A stretch of DNA of 60,129 bases from a bacterium (GTDB taxonomy: Bacteria > Patescibacteriota > Andersenbacteria > UBA10190): contig JAUYKA010000007.1 in assembly GCA_030698495.1 (NCBI GenBank), positions 1-60,129 of the forward strand, in the 5' to 3' direction. The notes below the pieces were generated by a model. That model searched no databases. It was not told the origin of the DNA and worked only from the letters and a program-made list of their open reading frames with translations. Shown here piece by piece: positions 8,057 through 16,713 of this stretch. Position 1 is the first letter of the stretch; each line of letters starts with the position of its first letter. Position numbers and translations under genes: made by a program.

Positions 8057-8620
8057 TTATTCGGCTGATTTGCCGGTGACTTTAAGCACCAGGCTGTAGT
8101 GGTAGGGACTGGGAGCAAAGTCTTTGACTAAGCTCAAACCGACTGTTTGCGCGATCGACAACATGGTTTCTTTTGAAAAGCGCTGTCCCGCAGGCGGACC
8201 AAGCGGCGTGGCCACAACATCCCAAACAACCACTACCACACGGCCGTTCGGTTTTATCAAACGCTTGGCTTCGGTTAAGATTTTTGCCGGATCGGACTGG
8301 TGTAGTATGTTGGCAACTAACACCCAGTCGGCGTTGCCAGCAGGCAAGGTGCTGCCTTGGTTTTTTTCCAGGTCAGCGCGGACGGTATGAATGACACCGG
8401 CAACCTGTTCGCGCTGGGCGCGGTTTTCCGATTCGGATAATAGATGTGTCATGACATCGACACCAATAACGCTGCCGCTTTGGCCAACAATTTTGGCGGC
8501 GGGAATTAGATAAAATCCCGCCCCGGAGCCTAGATGAACCACACGCTGTCCGGCCTGCAAGCCAAGACGGCGCCAAAATTCTTCGGGACGAATGAAGGAA
8601 GAGGAGTTATTTACTGACAT
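8057..8620 (-). CDS. Class I SAM-dependent methyltransferase
   Basis: 187 aa with the motif I-like sequence VVHLGSGAGFY and an acidic post-I residue (IGVDV). Confidence 0.7.
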   Translation of the reverse strand: MSVNNSSSFIRPEEFWRRLGLQAGQRVVHLGSGAGFYLIPAAKIVGQSGSVIGVDVMTHLLSESENRAQREQVAGVIHTVRADLEKNQGSTLPAGNADWVLVANILHQSDPAKILTEAKRLIKPNGRVVVVVWDVVATPLGPPAGQRFSKETMLSIAQTVGLSLVKDFAPSPYHYSLVLKVTGKSAE

Positions 8621-8653
8621 ATTGGTTATCTGCTAATAGAATAGCATAAAAAA

Positions 8654-8786
8654 GCGAGAACAGTGAAGACAGTAAATACAGCGAGTACAGTAAATTAAGT
8701 AAATACAGTTACGACTACGACGACTATAAAATAGTAAATGCAGCTACTGTATTTACTGAATTTACTATTCTTGCTGTATTTACTGA
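8654..8786. repeat. Word-built intergenic palindrome, 'TAAATACAG' dialect
   Basis: The left arm is made of GTGAAGACAG / TAAATACAG / TAAATTAAG words and the right arm of their complements (CTGTATTTACTGAATTTAC...). Copies of the same dialect occur at 27247, 36079 and 57434. Confidence 0.7.
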
Positions 8787-11285
8787 CTACTCCCCTATCC
8801 AGCTGGTGAAGGCGGCGACTTTACCGCTTTGCGGTGTGGGGCGCATAACACGTACACCCTGGGTAGCACGACCGAGCGAGCTGACACCGGCGGCGTCAAT
8901 ACGAATGACTTGGCCTTTGCCGGAAATAATAAAGAGATCGGTGGTGCTTATCTTGTCGGAAGCCAATACGGAAGCGGTAACAATGGCACCGGTTTTGGCC
9001 GTTACTTTGGCGGTTTTTATGCCGGAGCCGCCGCGTTTTTGCCGGCGGTATTCGGTTAACTTAGTGCGTTTGCCGTAACCCTCTTCGGTAATCACTAGAA
9101 CTTCCTGGGCTTTAGCGACGTCGGCGGGAATAACATGCATAGATACAACGTTGTCATTTTTCTTTAAGTGGATGCCGCGTACACCGGCGGCGGTTCGCCC
9201 CATAGGACGAACGTCTTTTTCGGAAAACCGAACCGCTTGACCGGCGGCGGTAATCAGCAGGATTTCGTCTTTACCGGTGGAAATGGCGACCCATTCCAGC
9301 GTATCGTCGTTCTTGATGTTGATTGCTTTTAGACCGGAGCGGCGGATGTTAATAAAATTCTGCCGGGAAGTCTTTTTTACCAAACCTTGTTTGGTGGCCA
9401 TGAACAGGTATGCCCCCGATTCATCGGCACTGGGCAGAGCTTGAACGGCGGTGACTTTTTCGCTTGGTCCCAGCTCAAGAAAATTCTGCAGCGCCTGTCC
9501 TTTGGCGGTACGGGTGGTAGCGGGGATTTCATAAGCTTTGATAGAAAATACGCGTCCCTGATTGGTAAACAATAACAGCTCCTTATGAGTGGTAGTGGCC
9601 AAAAAAATCTCAACCACGTCTTCTTCTTTGGTGGTCATCCCCCTAACGCCTTTACCGCCGCGTCCTTGGACTTGGTAGGTGGAAGTAGACAGTCTCTTGA
9701 TGTAGCCGCCGCGGGTGACGGTAACGATAGTGGGGTCGTCGGGAACAAGATCTTCCTGGGAAAAGTCCCCGACTGGCTGACTAAAAACACGCGTGCGGCG
9801 ATCGTCGCCGTATTGAGCTGATAGGTCGGTATAGTCTTGCTTTATCATGCTTAGAACCTTTTTGGGGTCGCGCAAAATGCTTTCCAGTTCGTGAATAAGG
9901 CGGCGTTTTTCTTTCAGTTCGTCTTCTATTTTTTTCCTTTCCAAACCGGCCAATGTTTGCAGGCGCATTTCCAAAATAGCAGTCGCTTGAGCGTCGCTGA
10001 AACGAAATTGCTTGCGCAGGTTAATATGGGCGGTTTCTTTAGTGTGACTTTTCTTAATAGTGTCGATAACCCGATCGATATGATCAAGCGCCTTACTTAA
10101 GCCTTCCAATATATGCGCTCGGTCGCGCGCGCGGTCCAGTTCAAACTGGGTGCGGCGAGTGATGACAATTTGGCGATGATTGATGTGTTCCTGTAAAACT
10201 TCTTTAAGACTCAACACTTTGGGCTGCCGACCTTCATCCACGAGGGCAATCATATTGACGTGGAATGTTTTTTGCAGGTCGGTTATGGAAAATAGCCGGT
10301 TGAGAACTTTTTTGGGATAGGCTTCTTTTTTTAGCTCGATGACGACTCTAATACCATCTTTATCGGATTCATCGCGAATGTCTTTGATGCCTTCAATTTT
10401 TTTGTTTTTAACGGCGTCGGCGATTTTTATAATTAGCTGGGCCTTATTCACAAGATAAGGGATTTCCCGGACGATAATGCGATGCTGGCCGGTTTTGTAC
10501 TCTTCGATATCGGCTAAGGCACGCATTACTACACTGCCTTTGCCGGTAGCATAGGCTTGAAGGATCTCCTGTTTGTTATATATAGCCGCGCCAGTGGGAA
10601 AATCAGGACCCTTAATATATTGCATTAAGGTCTCAACAGTGGCATTCGGTTTGTCTATTAAATGAATGGCGGCGGCACAAACTTCGCGTAAATTGTGAGG
10701 GGGAACAGTGGTTGCCATGCCGACGGCAATACCCAGCGTGCCGTTAACGATGAATTGAGGGATAGCGGATGGCAACACCGCCGGTTCTTTTCTGGTGCCA
10801 TCGTAATTGTCGCGCATGTCTACCGTGTTTTTTTCAATGTCCAACATAATTTCGTCGGAAATTTTTGCCAGCTTAGCTTCTGTATAACGCATAGCCGCGG
10901 GTGAATCACCATCAATACTCCCCCAGTTGCCTTGGCCAGAAATGAGCTCGTAGCGCATGGAAAAATCTTGCGTTAAACGAGCCAGGGCATCATACACGGC
11001 AATGTCTCCGTGGGGGTGATATTTACCAAGAACGTCTCCGATAACGTGCGCTGATTTGCGGTACTTGGCTGTAGAACGAAGCCCTTGTTGCCACATAGAG
11101 TATAGGATACGTCGAGCGACTGGTTTCATACCGTCGCGTACATCCGGTAACGCGCGTTGGACAATGACGCTCATGGCATAGTCCAGGTAGCTTCGCTGTA
11201 TTTCAGCAGACAATCCTTGCTGAATTAATTTGCCAATATCAGAATGACTGCTGCGTTCCGGCGCCGGTTGAATCTTTTTAGGCAT
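8787..11285 (-). CDS. gyrA: DNA gyrase subunit A
   Basis: 832 aa. It has the N-terminal sequence ...AMSVIVQRALPDVRDGMKPVARRILY, the catalytic AAMRYTE motif and C-terminal beta-pinwheel repeats. Confidence 0.97.
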   Translation of the reverse strand: MPKKIQPAPERSSHSDIGKLIQQGLSAEIQRSYLDYAMSVIVQRALPDVRDGMKPVARRILYSMWQQGLRSTAKYRKSAHVIGDVLGKYHPHGDIAVYDALARLTQDFSMRYELISGQGNWGSIDGDSPAAMRYTEAKLAKISDEIMLDIEKNTVDMRDNYDGTRKEPAVLPSAIPQFIVNGTLGIAVGMATTVPPHNLREVCAAAIHLIDKPNATVETLMQYIKGPDFPTGAAIYNKQEILQAYATGKGSVVMRALADIEEYKTGQHRIIVREIPYLVNKAQLIIKIADAVKNKKIEGIKDIRDESDKDGIRVVIELKKEAYPKKVLNRLFSITDLQKTFHVNMIALVDEGRQPKVLSLKEVLQEHINHRQIVITRRTQFELDRARDRAHILEGLSKALDHIDRVIDTIKKSHTKETAHINLRKQFRFSDAQATAILEMRLQTLAGLERKKIEDELKEKRRLIHELESILRDPKKVLSMIKQDYTDLSAQYGDDRRTRVFSQPVGDFSQEDLVPDDPTIVTVTRGGYIKRLSTSTYQVQGRGGKGVRGMTTKEEDVVEIFLATTTHKELLLFTNQGRVFSIKAYEIPATTRTAKGQALQNFLELGPSEKVTAVQALPSADESGAYLFMATKQGLVKKTSRQNFINIRRSGLKAINIKNDDTLEWVAISTGKDEILLITAAGQAVRFSEKDVRPMGRTAAGVRGIHLKKNDNVVSMHVIPADVAKAQEVLVITEEGYGKRTKLTEYRRQKRGGSGIKTAKVTAKTGAIVTASVLASDKISTTDLFIISGKGQVIRIDAAGVSSLGRATQGVRVMRPTPQSGKVAAFTSWIGE

Positions 11286-11288
11286 ATT

Positions 11289-11696
11289 CTACTGATTACT
11301 ACTGGCTTCGTTAGAAGGCAATAGGTTATATAAGGAGTCGACAGAAAGTGTTGGCGTAACACTTGGTAGTAGCGGTGAAGCGGTTGGTATCATAAAGTAG
11401 TCATTATTAGGCGCGTTATTATTTGGATTCGCAATTGGAGAGGAAATAATACCGCCTACTTGCTCGTTATTATTTGAATTTTGATTCGTCGCGCTATTGC
11501 TTAACTCTCTGGTGGTCTGTTGACTATTCGATGAGGGATTATTCAGCTTAAGCTGAAAAGGCAGTAGCACGGTCAGCCAAATTACGGCGATAATCCCACC
11601 GGTTATCGCGGTTAACAATGTGACCGCGCGATATTTTACATGGTCCGGCTGACGGCGCAGATGCTTAATTTTATTTTTTACGGCTGTGATTATCAT
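11289..11696 (-). CDS. Hypothetical membrane-anchored Asn/Ser-rich protein
   Basis: 135 aa with one TM helix and a low-complexity tail. It is packed 3 nt upstream of gyrA. Confidence 0.45.
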   Translation of the reverse strand: MIITAVKNKIKHLRRQPDHVKYRAVTLLTAITGGIIAVIWLTVLLPFQLKLNNPSSNSQQTTRELSNSATNQNSNNNEQVGGIISSPIANPNNNAPNNDYFMIPTASPLLPSVTPTLSVDSLYNLLPSNEASSNQ

Positions 11697-11717
11697 TTAG
11701 ATATTATACTCCAATTA

Positions 11718-12344
11718 TTACGGCGTTAGAATGACGGTTGTCGTGTCCAACGGGAGCTTGTTGGCTTTGACAATTAATTTGGGTTGTTTATTTTTGGCGT
11801 TTATGCCCATTTCAGAAGCAAAGCTGTTAACGTTATCCAGTTTTTCTTTCAGACCGGGCAGAGCGAAATGAACGGGTATGGTAATACGCGGTTCAATAGT
11901 GGTAAGTAGGTGAATAGCTTTGGCTGGAGTTAAGCCATCATGCCCGCCGATAGGTAGAAACAGTATGTCGATATCCTTGCGTTCCAAAACTTGAAGTTCA
12001 GCATCAGTTAGATCGCGGTTTAACGCTCCAAGGTGGAGTAAAGTAATTTTTTCTATTTCCCATAGATGCAGTGAGTGCTCCGCTTTATCCTGATCGGTCC
12101 AGCCAAGCGCGTGCAGCATCATTCCCTTAATGGAATATTCCCCCGGGGTATTGATTAACTGGTATTCCCCTTGGATGCCGGCCAAGTGTGACATGCTACT
12201 GTCGCCGGGGCTTGAGAGCGCGACAACATCGGCTTTCGCTCGAAATGGATTTAACCCGCCATCGGGAGCGTAGGGGTCTATTACTAACGTAGTGGAGTCC
12301 GAAACTATCTTTATGGTGTATTGGCCATGCCAGGTTATATGCAT
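11718..12344 (-). CDS. Metallo-beta-lactamase-fold hydrolase (UPF0173-like)
   Basis: 208 aa. The pattern ITWHGQ...DPY...GGHDG... is typical of small MBL-fold hydrolases. Confidence 0.7.
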   Translation of the reverse strand: MHITWHGQYTIKIVSDSTTLVIDPYAPDGGLNPFRAKADVVALSSPGDSSMSHLAGIQGEYQLINTPGEYSIKGMMLHALGWTDQDKAEHSLHLWEIEKITLLHLGALNRDLTDAELQVLERKDIDILFLPIGGHDGLTPAKAIHLLTTIEPRITIPVHFALPGLKEKLDNVNSFASEMGINAKNKQPKLIVKANKLPLDTTTVILTP

Positions 12345-12532
12345 AATGTTATTTACTGGAAGAAATTATGTTAATGACAGTATAGGCTTTTTATCTGATT
12401 TGGAAAAGTGGGGATTTGATTGTCATGGCTTCGCCAGATCTTGCTTAGCTGTGATTAAATTGCTATATCGCCAAATTTTTGCCTTGGAATTCACTTGCAA
12501 TTGATGGGGTGTTATGTCATTATCTTGATTAT

Positions 12533-13828
12533 ATGAAAACAGATCTAACTGAAAAACCACAATCAGAAAAAATGGATGCTTTATTAAAGGAGCACGAGGA
12601 TTTAATAAATGTCCCGAACGAAGGTGATATCATAAACGGTCATATATTGGATAAGGGGCATAATATAATGTATGTAGATTTGGACATGCTTGGTTTGGGT
12701 GTGATATACAGCCGGGAACTTTTTGACGATTTGGATACGTATAAGAATGCGAAGATCGGTGATGTGGTACAAGCAACAATACAAGATTTAGAAAATGACG
12801 AGGGGTATGTGGAATTATCTTTGCGCAGCGCGTCACGCGAGAGAAGCTGGGAAGAATTGCAAAGAAAACTAGAACAGGGCGACATATTTAACGGTGAGAT
12901 ATTGGATGCAAATAAGGGAGGTTTGATTGTCCGCGTAAATGGAATTATGGGGTTTTTACCGGTGTCACAACTGGCACCTGATCATTATCCCAGAGTGGAG
13001 GGCGGAGATAAAAACCAAATTTTTGAACGACTAAAAAGCTACGTCGGCGATAAATTCAAAATTAAAGTAATTGCGGCGGCTAAGAACGAAGAGAAGCTGA
13101 TTGTTTCAGAAAAAGCGGCGGTGGGAGATGAGCTGAGTGAGACTTTGAGTAAGCTAGAGGCAGGAACAGTCATTAGCGGAATCGTAAGCGGAGTGGCCGA
13201 CTTCGGGGCGTTTGTAAAATTCAATGTTGACGATAAGGAGTTGGAAGGATTGGTTCATATTTCTGAGTTAGCATGGCAGAGAATTGATAACCCATCAGAT
13301 ATTGTAAAAGTAAATGAAAAGGTTGATGCAAAAGTAATTGGTGTGGACGGCTTGAGAATTTCACTTTCTATTCGTCAACTGCGAGATGATCCGTGGAAAA
13401 ATGTGGCGGATAAATATAAGGTTGGTGACGCTATCGAAGGAGAAATTTTGAAGGTTACACCGTTCGGAGGATTCATCAAACTTGATAATGATATTCATGG
13501 TTTAGTGCATATTTCCGAGCTGCCGCCTGGAACACAGTCCACTCCGGAAAGTGTGCTTAAGGTCGGTGAGATTATGAAGTTTAAAATCATTTCGCTTGAT
13601 CCGAAAGATCATAGATTGGGTTTGAGTTTAAACGCGTTAAAGACTAAGGACGATAAAAGGGGAGAAAAGAAAGTAGAAAAAGATAAGAAGATTACCAAAA
13701 ATAAAGAAGACAAAAAAGAGGAAAGCGATCCGGTAAAGAAAACTAAAGCAGCTGCGGAAAAAGACGCAAAAGAGAAGGAAAAGAAAGTAAAAACAAAGAA
13801 AAAGACCAAAGACGAAAAAAAGGAGTAG
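12533..13828 (+). CDS. rpsA: 30S ribosomal protein S1 with a Lys-rich C-terminal tail
   Basis: Repeated S1/OB modules (G.I..G.V......G..V.L...G..G.VHISEL) and a KKEKK-type tail. ATG at 12533 is preferred over the longer ORF that starts at 12479. Confidence 0.85.
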   Translation: MKTDLTEKPQSEKMDALLKEHEDLINVPNEGDIINGHILDKGHNIMYVDLDMLGLGVIYSRELFDDLDTYKNAKIGDVVQATIQDLENDEGYVELSLRSASRERSWEELQRKLEQGDIFNGEILDANKGGLIVRVNGIMGFLPVSQLAPDHYPRVEGGDKNQIFERLKSYVGDKFKIKVIAAAKNEEKLIVSEKAAVGDELSETLSKLEAGTVISGIVSGVADFGAFVKFNVDDKELEGLVHISELAWQRIDNPSDIVKVNEKVDAKVIGVDGLRISLSIRQLRDDPWKNVADKYKVGDAIEGEILKVTPFGGFIKLDNDIHGLVHISELPPGTQSTPESVLKVGEIMKFKIISLDPKDHRLGLSLNALKTKDDKRGEKKVEKDKKITKNKEDKKEESDPVKKTKAAAEKDAKEKEKKVKTKKKTKDEKKE

Positions 13829-13850
13829 TATAGTTTTTAGATAGAATCTT

Positions 13851-13883
13851 TAATAATGCCGGCAACTAATGCCGGCATTATTA
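13851..13883 (+). terminator. Perfect 14-bp hairpin after rpsA
   Basis: TAATAATGCCGGCA-ACTAA-TGCCGGCATTATTA. The downstream T-tract is weak. Confidence 0.55.
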
Positions 13884-13910
13884 GTGGTTGATTATGTTAT
13901 CATGTTTTAC

Positions 13911-13975
13911 TGGGTCGGAGCGGCGGGATTTGAACCCACGATCCCACTGCGCTAAAGCTACGCGGGACGAGAATA
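13911..13975 (-). pseudogene. Truncated tRNA-Pro-like copy (T-arm, 3' acceptor strand and part of the D region; no anticodon arm)
   Basis: 29 nt (GGTCGGAGCGGCGGGATTTGAACCCACGA) are identical to the 3' part of the tRNA-Pro gene 103 bp away. No 5' acceptor strand is present. Confidence 0.55.
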
Positions 13976-14013
13976 GCATCAACTATTTTTGAGTTATATA
14001 AAAAGTTTTTCTA

Positions 14014-14088
14014 TGGTCGGAGCGGCGGGATTTGAACCCACGACCTCATCGTCCCGAACGATGCGCGCTACCGCTGCGCTACGCTCCG
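14014..14088 (-). tRNA. tRNA-Pro (anticodon CGG), CCA encoded
   Basis: The reverse complement reads CGGAGCG-TA-GCGCAGCGGTAGCGC-G-CATCG-TTCGGGA-CGATG-AGGTC-GTGGG-TTCAAAT-CCCGC-CGCTCCG-A-CCA. Confidence 0.9.
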
Positions 14089-14159
14089 ATGTTATGTCTT
14101 GTATGATACATGTTTTTTGGTGGGAGTCTATAGATAGTGAATAAGTAATATCAAATTTT

Positions 14160-14396
14160 AAGGAAACGGATATTAGAAAGGTCGCTTACGCGACCGTTCA
14201 GTAGCCCTTCGAACCGACTCGCTGTTGCGAGTCTCTCTCAGGGTTCTTTGAAACAAGGAAACGGATATTAGAAAGGTCGCTTACGCGACCGTTCAAAGTA
14301 GCTCTTCGACTCCATGGCCTGTTGGCCATGTCGCTCAGAGTTCTTTGAATCAAGGAAACGGATATTAGAAAGGTCGCTTACGCGACCGTTCAAAGA
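14160..14396 (-). repeat. About 96-bp tandem repeat (2.5 units) of a structured element between tRNA-Ala and tRNA-Pro
   Basis: The block AAGGAAACGGATATTAGAAAGGTCGCTTACGCGACCGTTCA starts at 14160, 14255 and 14352. The intervening segments are homologous and their hairpin stems differ by compensatory changes. Confidence 0.85.
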
Positions 14397-14399
14397 GTG

Positions 14400-14470
14400 T
14401 GGACTCACCGGGAATCGAACCCGGGCCTCGGCAATGCGAATGCCGTGTAATACCACTTTACTATGAGCCC
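14400..14470 (-). tRNA. tRNA-Ala (anticodon CGC)
   Basis: Acceptor GGGCTCA/TGAGTCC with G3:U70, anticodon stem-loop CGGCA-TTCGCAT-TGCCG and T-arm CCGGG-TTCGATT-CCCGG. Confidence 0.85.
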
Positions 14471-14583
14471 TTAAAAATCTTTATGTATTCAACTATATAT
14501 CACCCAAGCAATGAACTGCAACGCGTACTTGTAGTGAACCTATTTGTTTTATGAGCGCGCTTAGGCTTTTAGGGTAGGGTGTT

Positions 14584-14820
14584 TTATGTTAACCGCTTTC
14601 GACGAAACGCAAAGCGGGAGGAGGATTTCAGATATCTTTCGAAAGATGTGGCTTTTTCTTCCGTTTTGAAAGCAGCATAGAAAATAAGATCGAATGGAAG
14701 TTTATTCTTTGTGGTAGCCACGTTGCCGCGTTTATCCTCAGCCACCCTCTTTTTTAAATCCTTGGCTGATCCTATGTATATCAGACCGGTTCGTAATTTA
14801 AGTATGTAAGTATAAAACAT
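14584..14820 (-). CDS. Small GIY-YIG nuclease-family protein
   Basis: 78 aa starting MFYTYIL...GLIYIGSAKDLKKR... (GIY...YIG, Arg, later Glu). It lies 172 nt downstream of tRNA-Ala(GGC) on the same strand. Confidence 0.75.
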   Translation of the reverse strand: MFYTYILKLRTGLIYIGSAKDLKKRVAEDKRGNVATTKNKLPFDLIFYAAFKTEEKATSFERYLKSSSRFAFRRKRLT

Positions 14821-14992
14821 ATTTCTTTATTGTAGCCGCACGCCGCTACACAACAAGTTGCGTAGCTATGCGGGGCATGCCACTTCGTTAAAACTACGCG
14901 GCACTCTGCACTTCGCTTCTGATGCAGTATTTTATCTACATCCCAAGGTGACCTGCCACGCGAAGCTCCTCGTGAAAACGAGGAGCGAAGTG

Positions 14993-15065
14993 TGGACCTG
15001 AGGAGGTTCGAACTCCTTGCCTCTTCCATGCCATGGAAGCGCTCTGCCAATTGAGCTACAGGCCC
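14993..15065 (-). tRNA. tRNA-Ala (anticodon GGC)
   Basis: Acceptor GGGCCTG/CAGGTCC with G3:U70, anticodon stem-loop CTTCC-ATGGCAT-GGAAG and T-arm GGAGT-TCGAACC-type. Confidence 0.85.
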
Positions 15066-15203
15066 TAGATATATATTTAAACAGCTTTGTCTCTCTTGGT
15101 AAAGTTCTTTTTACCCAATTTGTATCCTACAATATTAACACTTCTATGAATTTTGGTGAACGGTTAATAACGCACCACTTTTTATTATTTATGACAAGTC
15201 ATT

Positions 15204-16523
15204 TTGCGTGTTAGCAGTGAAAAATCAGGATGGATTATTTCTTTTTTTGCCGTGGCGCTATGTCTTTTAGCGTTGCGGAGATATTGTGTTTTTCTCCCTT
15301 TTAATGGCTTTTTTGGCAGTGAACCATGGAACTTTTTTGCTTTAGTTTCATCCGTCGTTCTCTTTTTCTTGTATGTATCTTATGTTGTACAAGCTTTGTG
15401 TCCGTTGAATAAACAGGTTTTATCGATCGTTGAACTTTTTAGTTTAATTTTGTTGATATGGTATTTTGCATCAGGCGAAAGAGATGATTTCATTATGATA
15501 TTTGGCTGGATAACTTTGCTTTGGAGTATCCCCTGGTTGGTGTATATACGCGGTCTTTTAGGGCGCAGGTATTTCATAGTTCTATTTGTTTTTATTGTTT
15601 TACTGCAAGGGTTGTGGGGAATAACGCAATTTATCGTGCAAAGGAACTTAAGTTTAAGTGAAATCGGAGAATCTGTACTGGCACCTAGTGTTGCCGGTGT
15701 GGCGAAGTTTAATTACCGGGACATAGGTTTCATCTCCCCGACTGAATCCGGTGAAAATTTTAGCAAGATTATTCGAGCATATGGTCCCTATCCGCATAGT
15801 AATAGTTTGGCGGGATCACTGATTTTGGCTCTTGGTGCTTTATTTTTATTAGCACGAGAACATCGTTCTCGGTTATGGAGTTATGCGGGATATTTTTTAA
15901 TGCTAGCGTTATTGGTGACTTTTTCGCGTACGGCTTGGGCGATGCTGGCGGGGCTGATAATTTGCTGTTGGTTAGTGGCGTATTACCAGCATAGGCGGTC
16001 TTGGCATGGTTTCATTAATGGTTTCATGGCCTTAACGTTAATAACACTATTGTTGTTCACTCCTTTGATCTGGTTGAGAGTAACCGATTCACAGGACAGG
16101 GGTGTTACCGATAGGTTATCAGGTTGGCAGACGGCGGTGGAGATTATTGGGCAACATAACTGGTGGGAAGGATCCGGACTGGGAAGATACGATGATTCTC
16201 TGCGAAACTTACTGCAGTCTGAACACTATATATACGAGCCTTGGCAGATAGAGCCGGTGCACTCGACGGGGCTGCTTATTATCGCCGAACAAGGAGTTTT
16301 GGCTTTTGTCTTCTGGCTGGTATTGGTTGGCTGGCTACTGAATAGATACTATCGAAAAACCTGGCCATGGCTGTTGCCGCTATTAGGCCTATTGGCGTTT
16401 GATCATTATTTTATAACGCAAGGTGGATCAGCGTTTATGCTGGTTGCCTGGTTAGTGGGGTTAGCTAATTACCCTCGGCGGGAGTTGACGACGAAGCGGG
16501 TAAGACCACAAAACGCTCTATAA
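15204..16523 (+). CDS. O-antigen ligase/Wzy-like polytopic membrane protein (TTG start, uncertain)
   Basis: 439 aa with about 10 TM helices. The FSRTAWAMLAG segment and a large external loop resemble the Wzy_C/O-antigen ligase family. Confidence 0.6.
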   Translation: MRVSSEKSGWIISFFAVALCLLALRRYCVFLPFNGFFGSEPWNFFALVSSVVLFFLYVSYVVQALCPLNKQVLSIVELFSLILLIWYFASGERDDFIMIFGWITLLWSIPWLVYIRGLLGRRYFIVLFVFIVLLQGLWGITQFIVQRNLSLSEIGESVLAPSVAGVAKFNYRDIGFISPTESGENFSKIIRAYGPYPHSNSLAGSLILALGALFLLAREHRSRLWSYAGYFLMLALLVTFSRTAWAMLAGLIICCWLVAYYQHRRSWHGFINGFMALTLITLLLFTPLIWLRVTDSQDRGVTDRLSGWQTAVEIIGQHNWWEGSGLGRYDDSLRNLLQSEHYIYEPWQIEPVHSTGLLIIAEQGVLAFVFWLVLVGWLLNRYYRKTWPWLLPLLGLLAFDHYFITQGGSAFMLVAWLVGLANYPRRELTTKRVRPQNAL

Positions 16524-16713
16524 TTTGATAGCGGCTCTCTATAAAAATAATGGCAGAAAGAAAAAGCGCAACTATGATAATCGTCACGGCCAGTCTGCTA
16601 AGGTCGGGGGTGATGCGGTAAACGTATTCGTGGTTATTTTGCTTGGCCATGATAAGATGAAGCATAGATTATTTGGTGAAATTTGCAAAATTGAACAGTA
16701 GGTTTTTAAAGTT

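Noticed and set aside
14160-14396. Possible mini-CRISPR array: a 41-nt repeat seen three times with ~55-nt spacers.
   Set aside because: The 'spacers' are homologous to each other, with the same ends, the same loop and compensatory stem changes. The true unit is therefore a ~96-bp tandem repeat. There are only 2.5 units and no cas genes or leader in the window.
16465-16665. 66-aa minus-strand ORF with one TM helix, convergent with the O-antigen-ligase-like gene and overlapping its end by 59 nt.
   Set aside because: There is no SD, the convergent overlap is large and no motif is present. It could be a real small membrane protein, but the evidence is insufficient.
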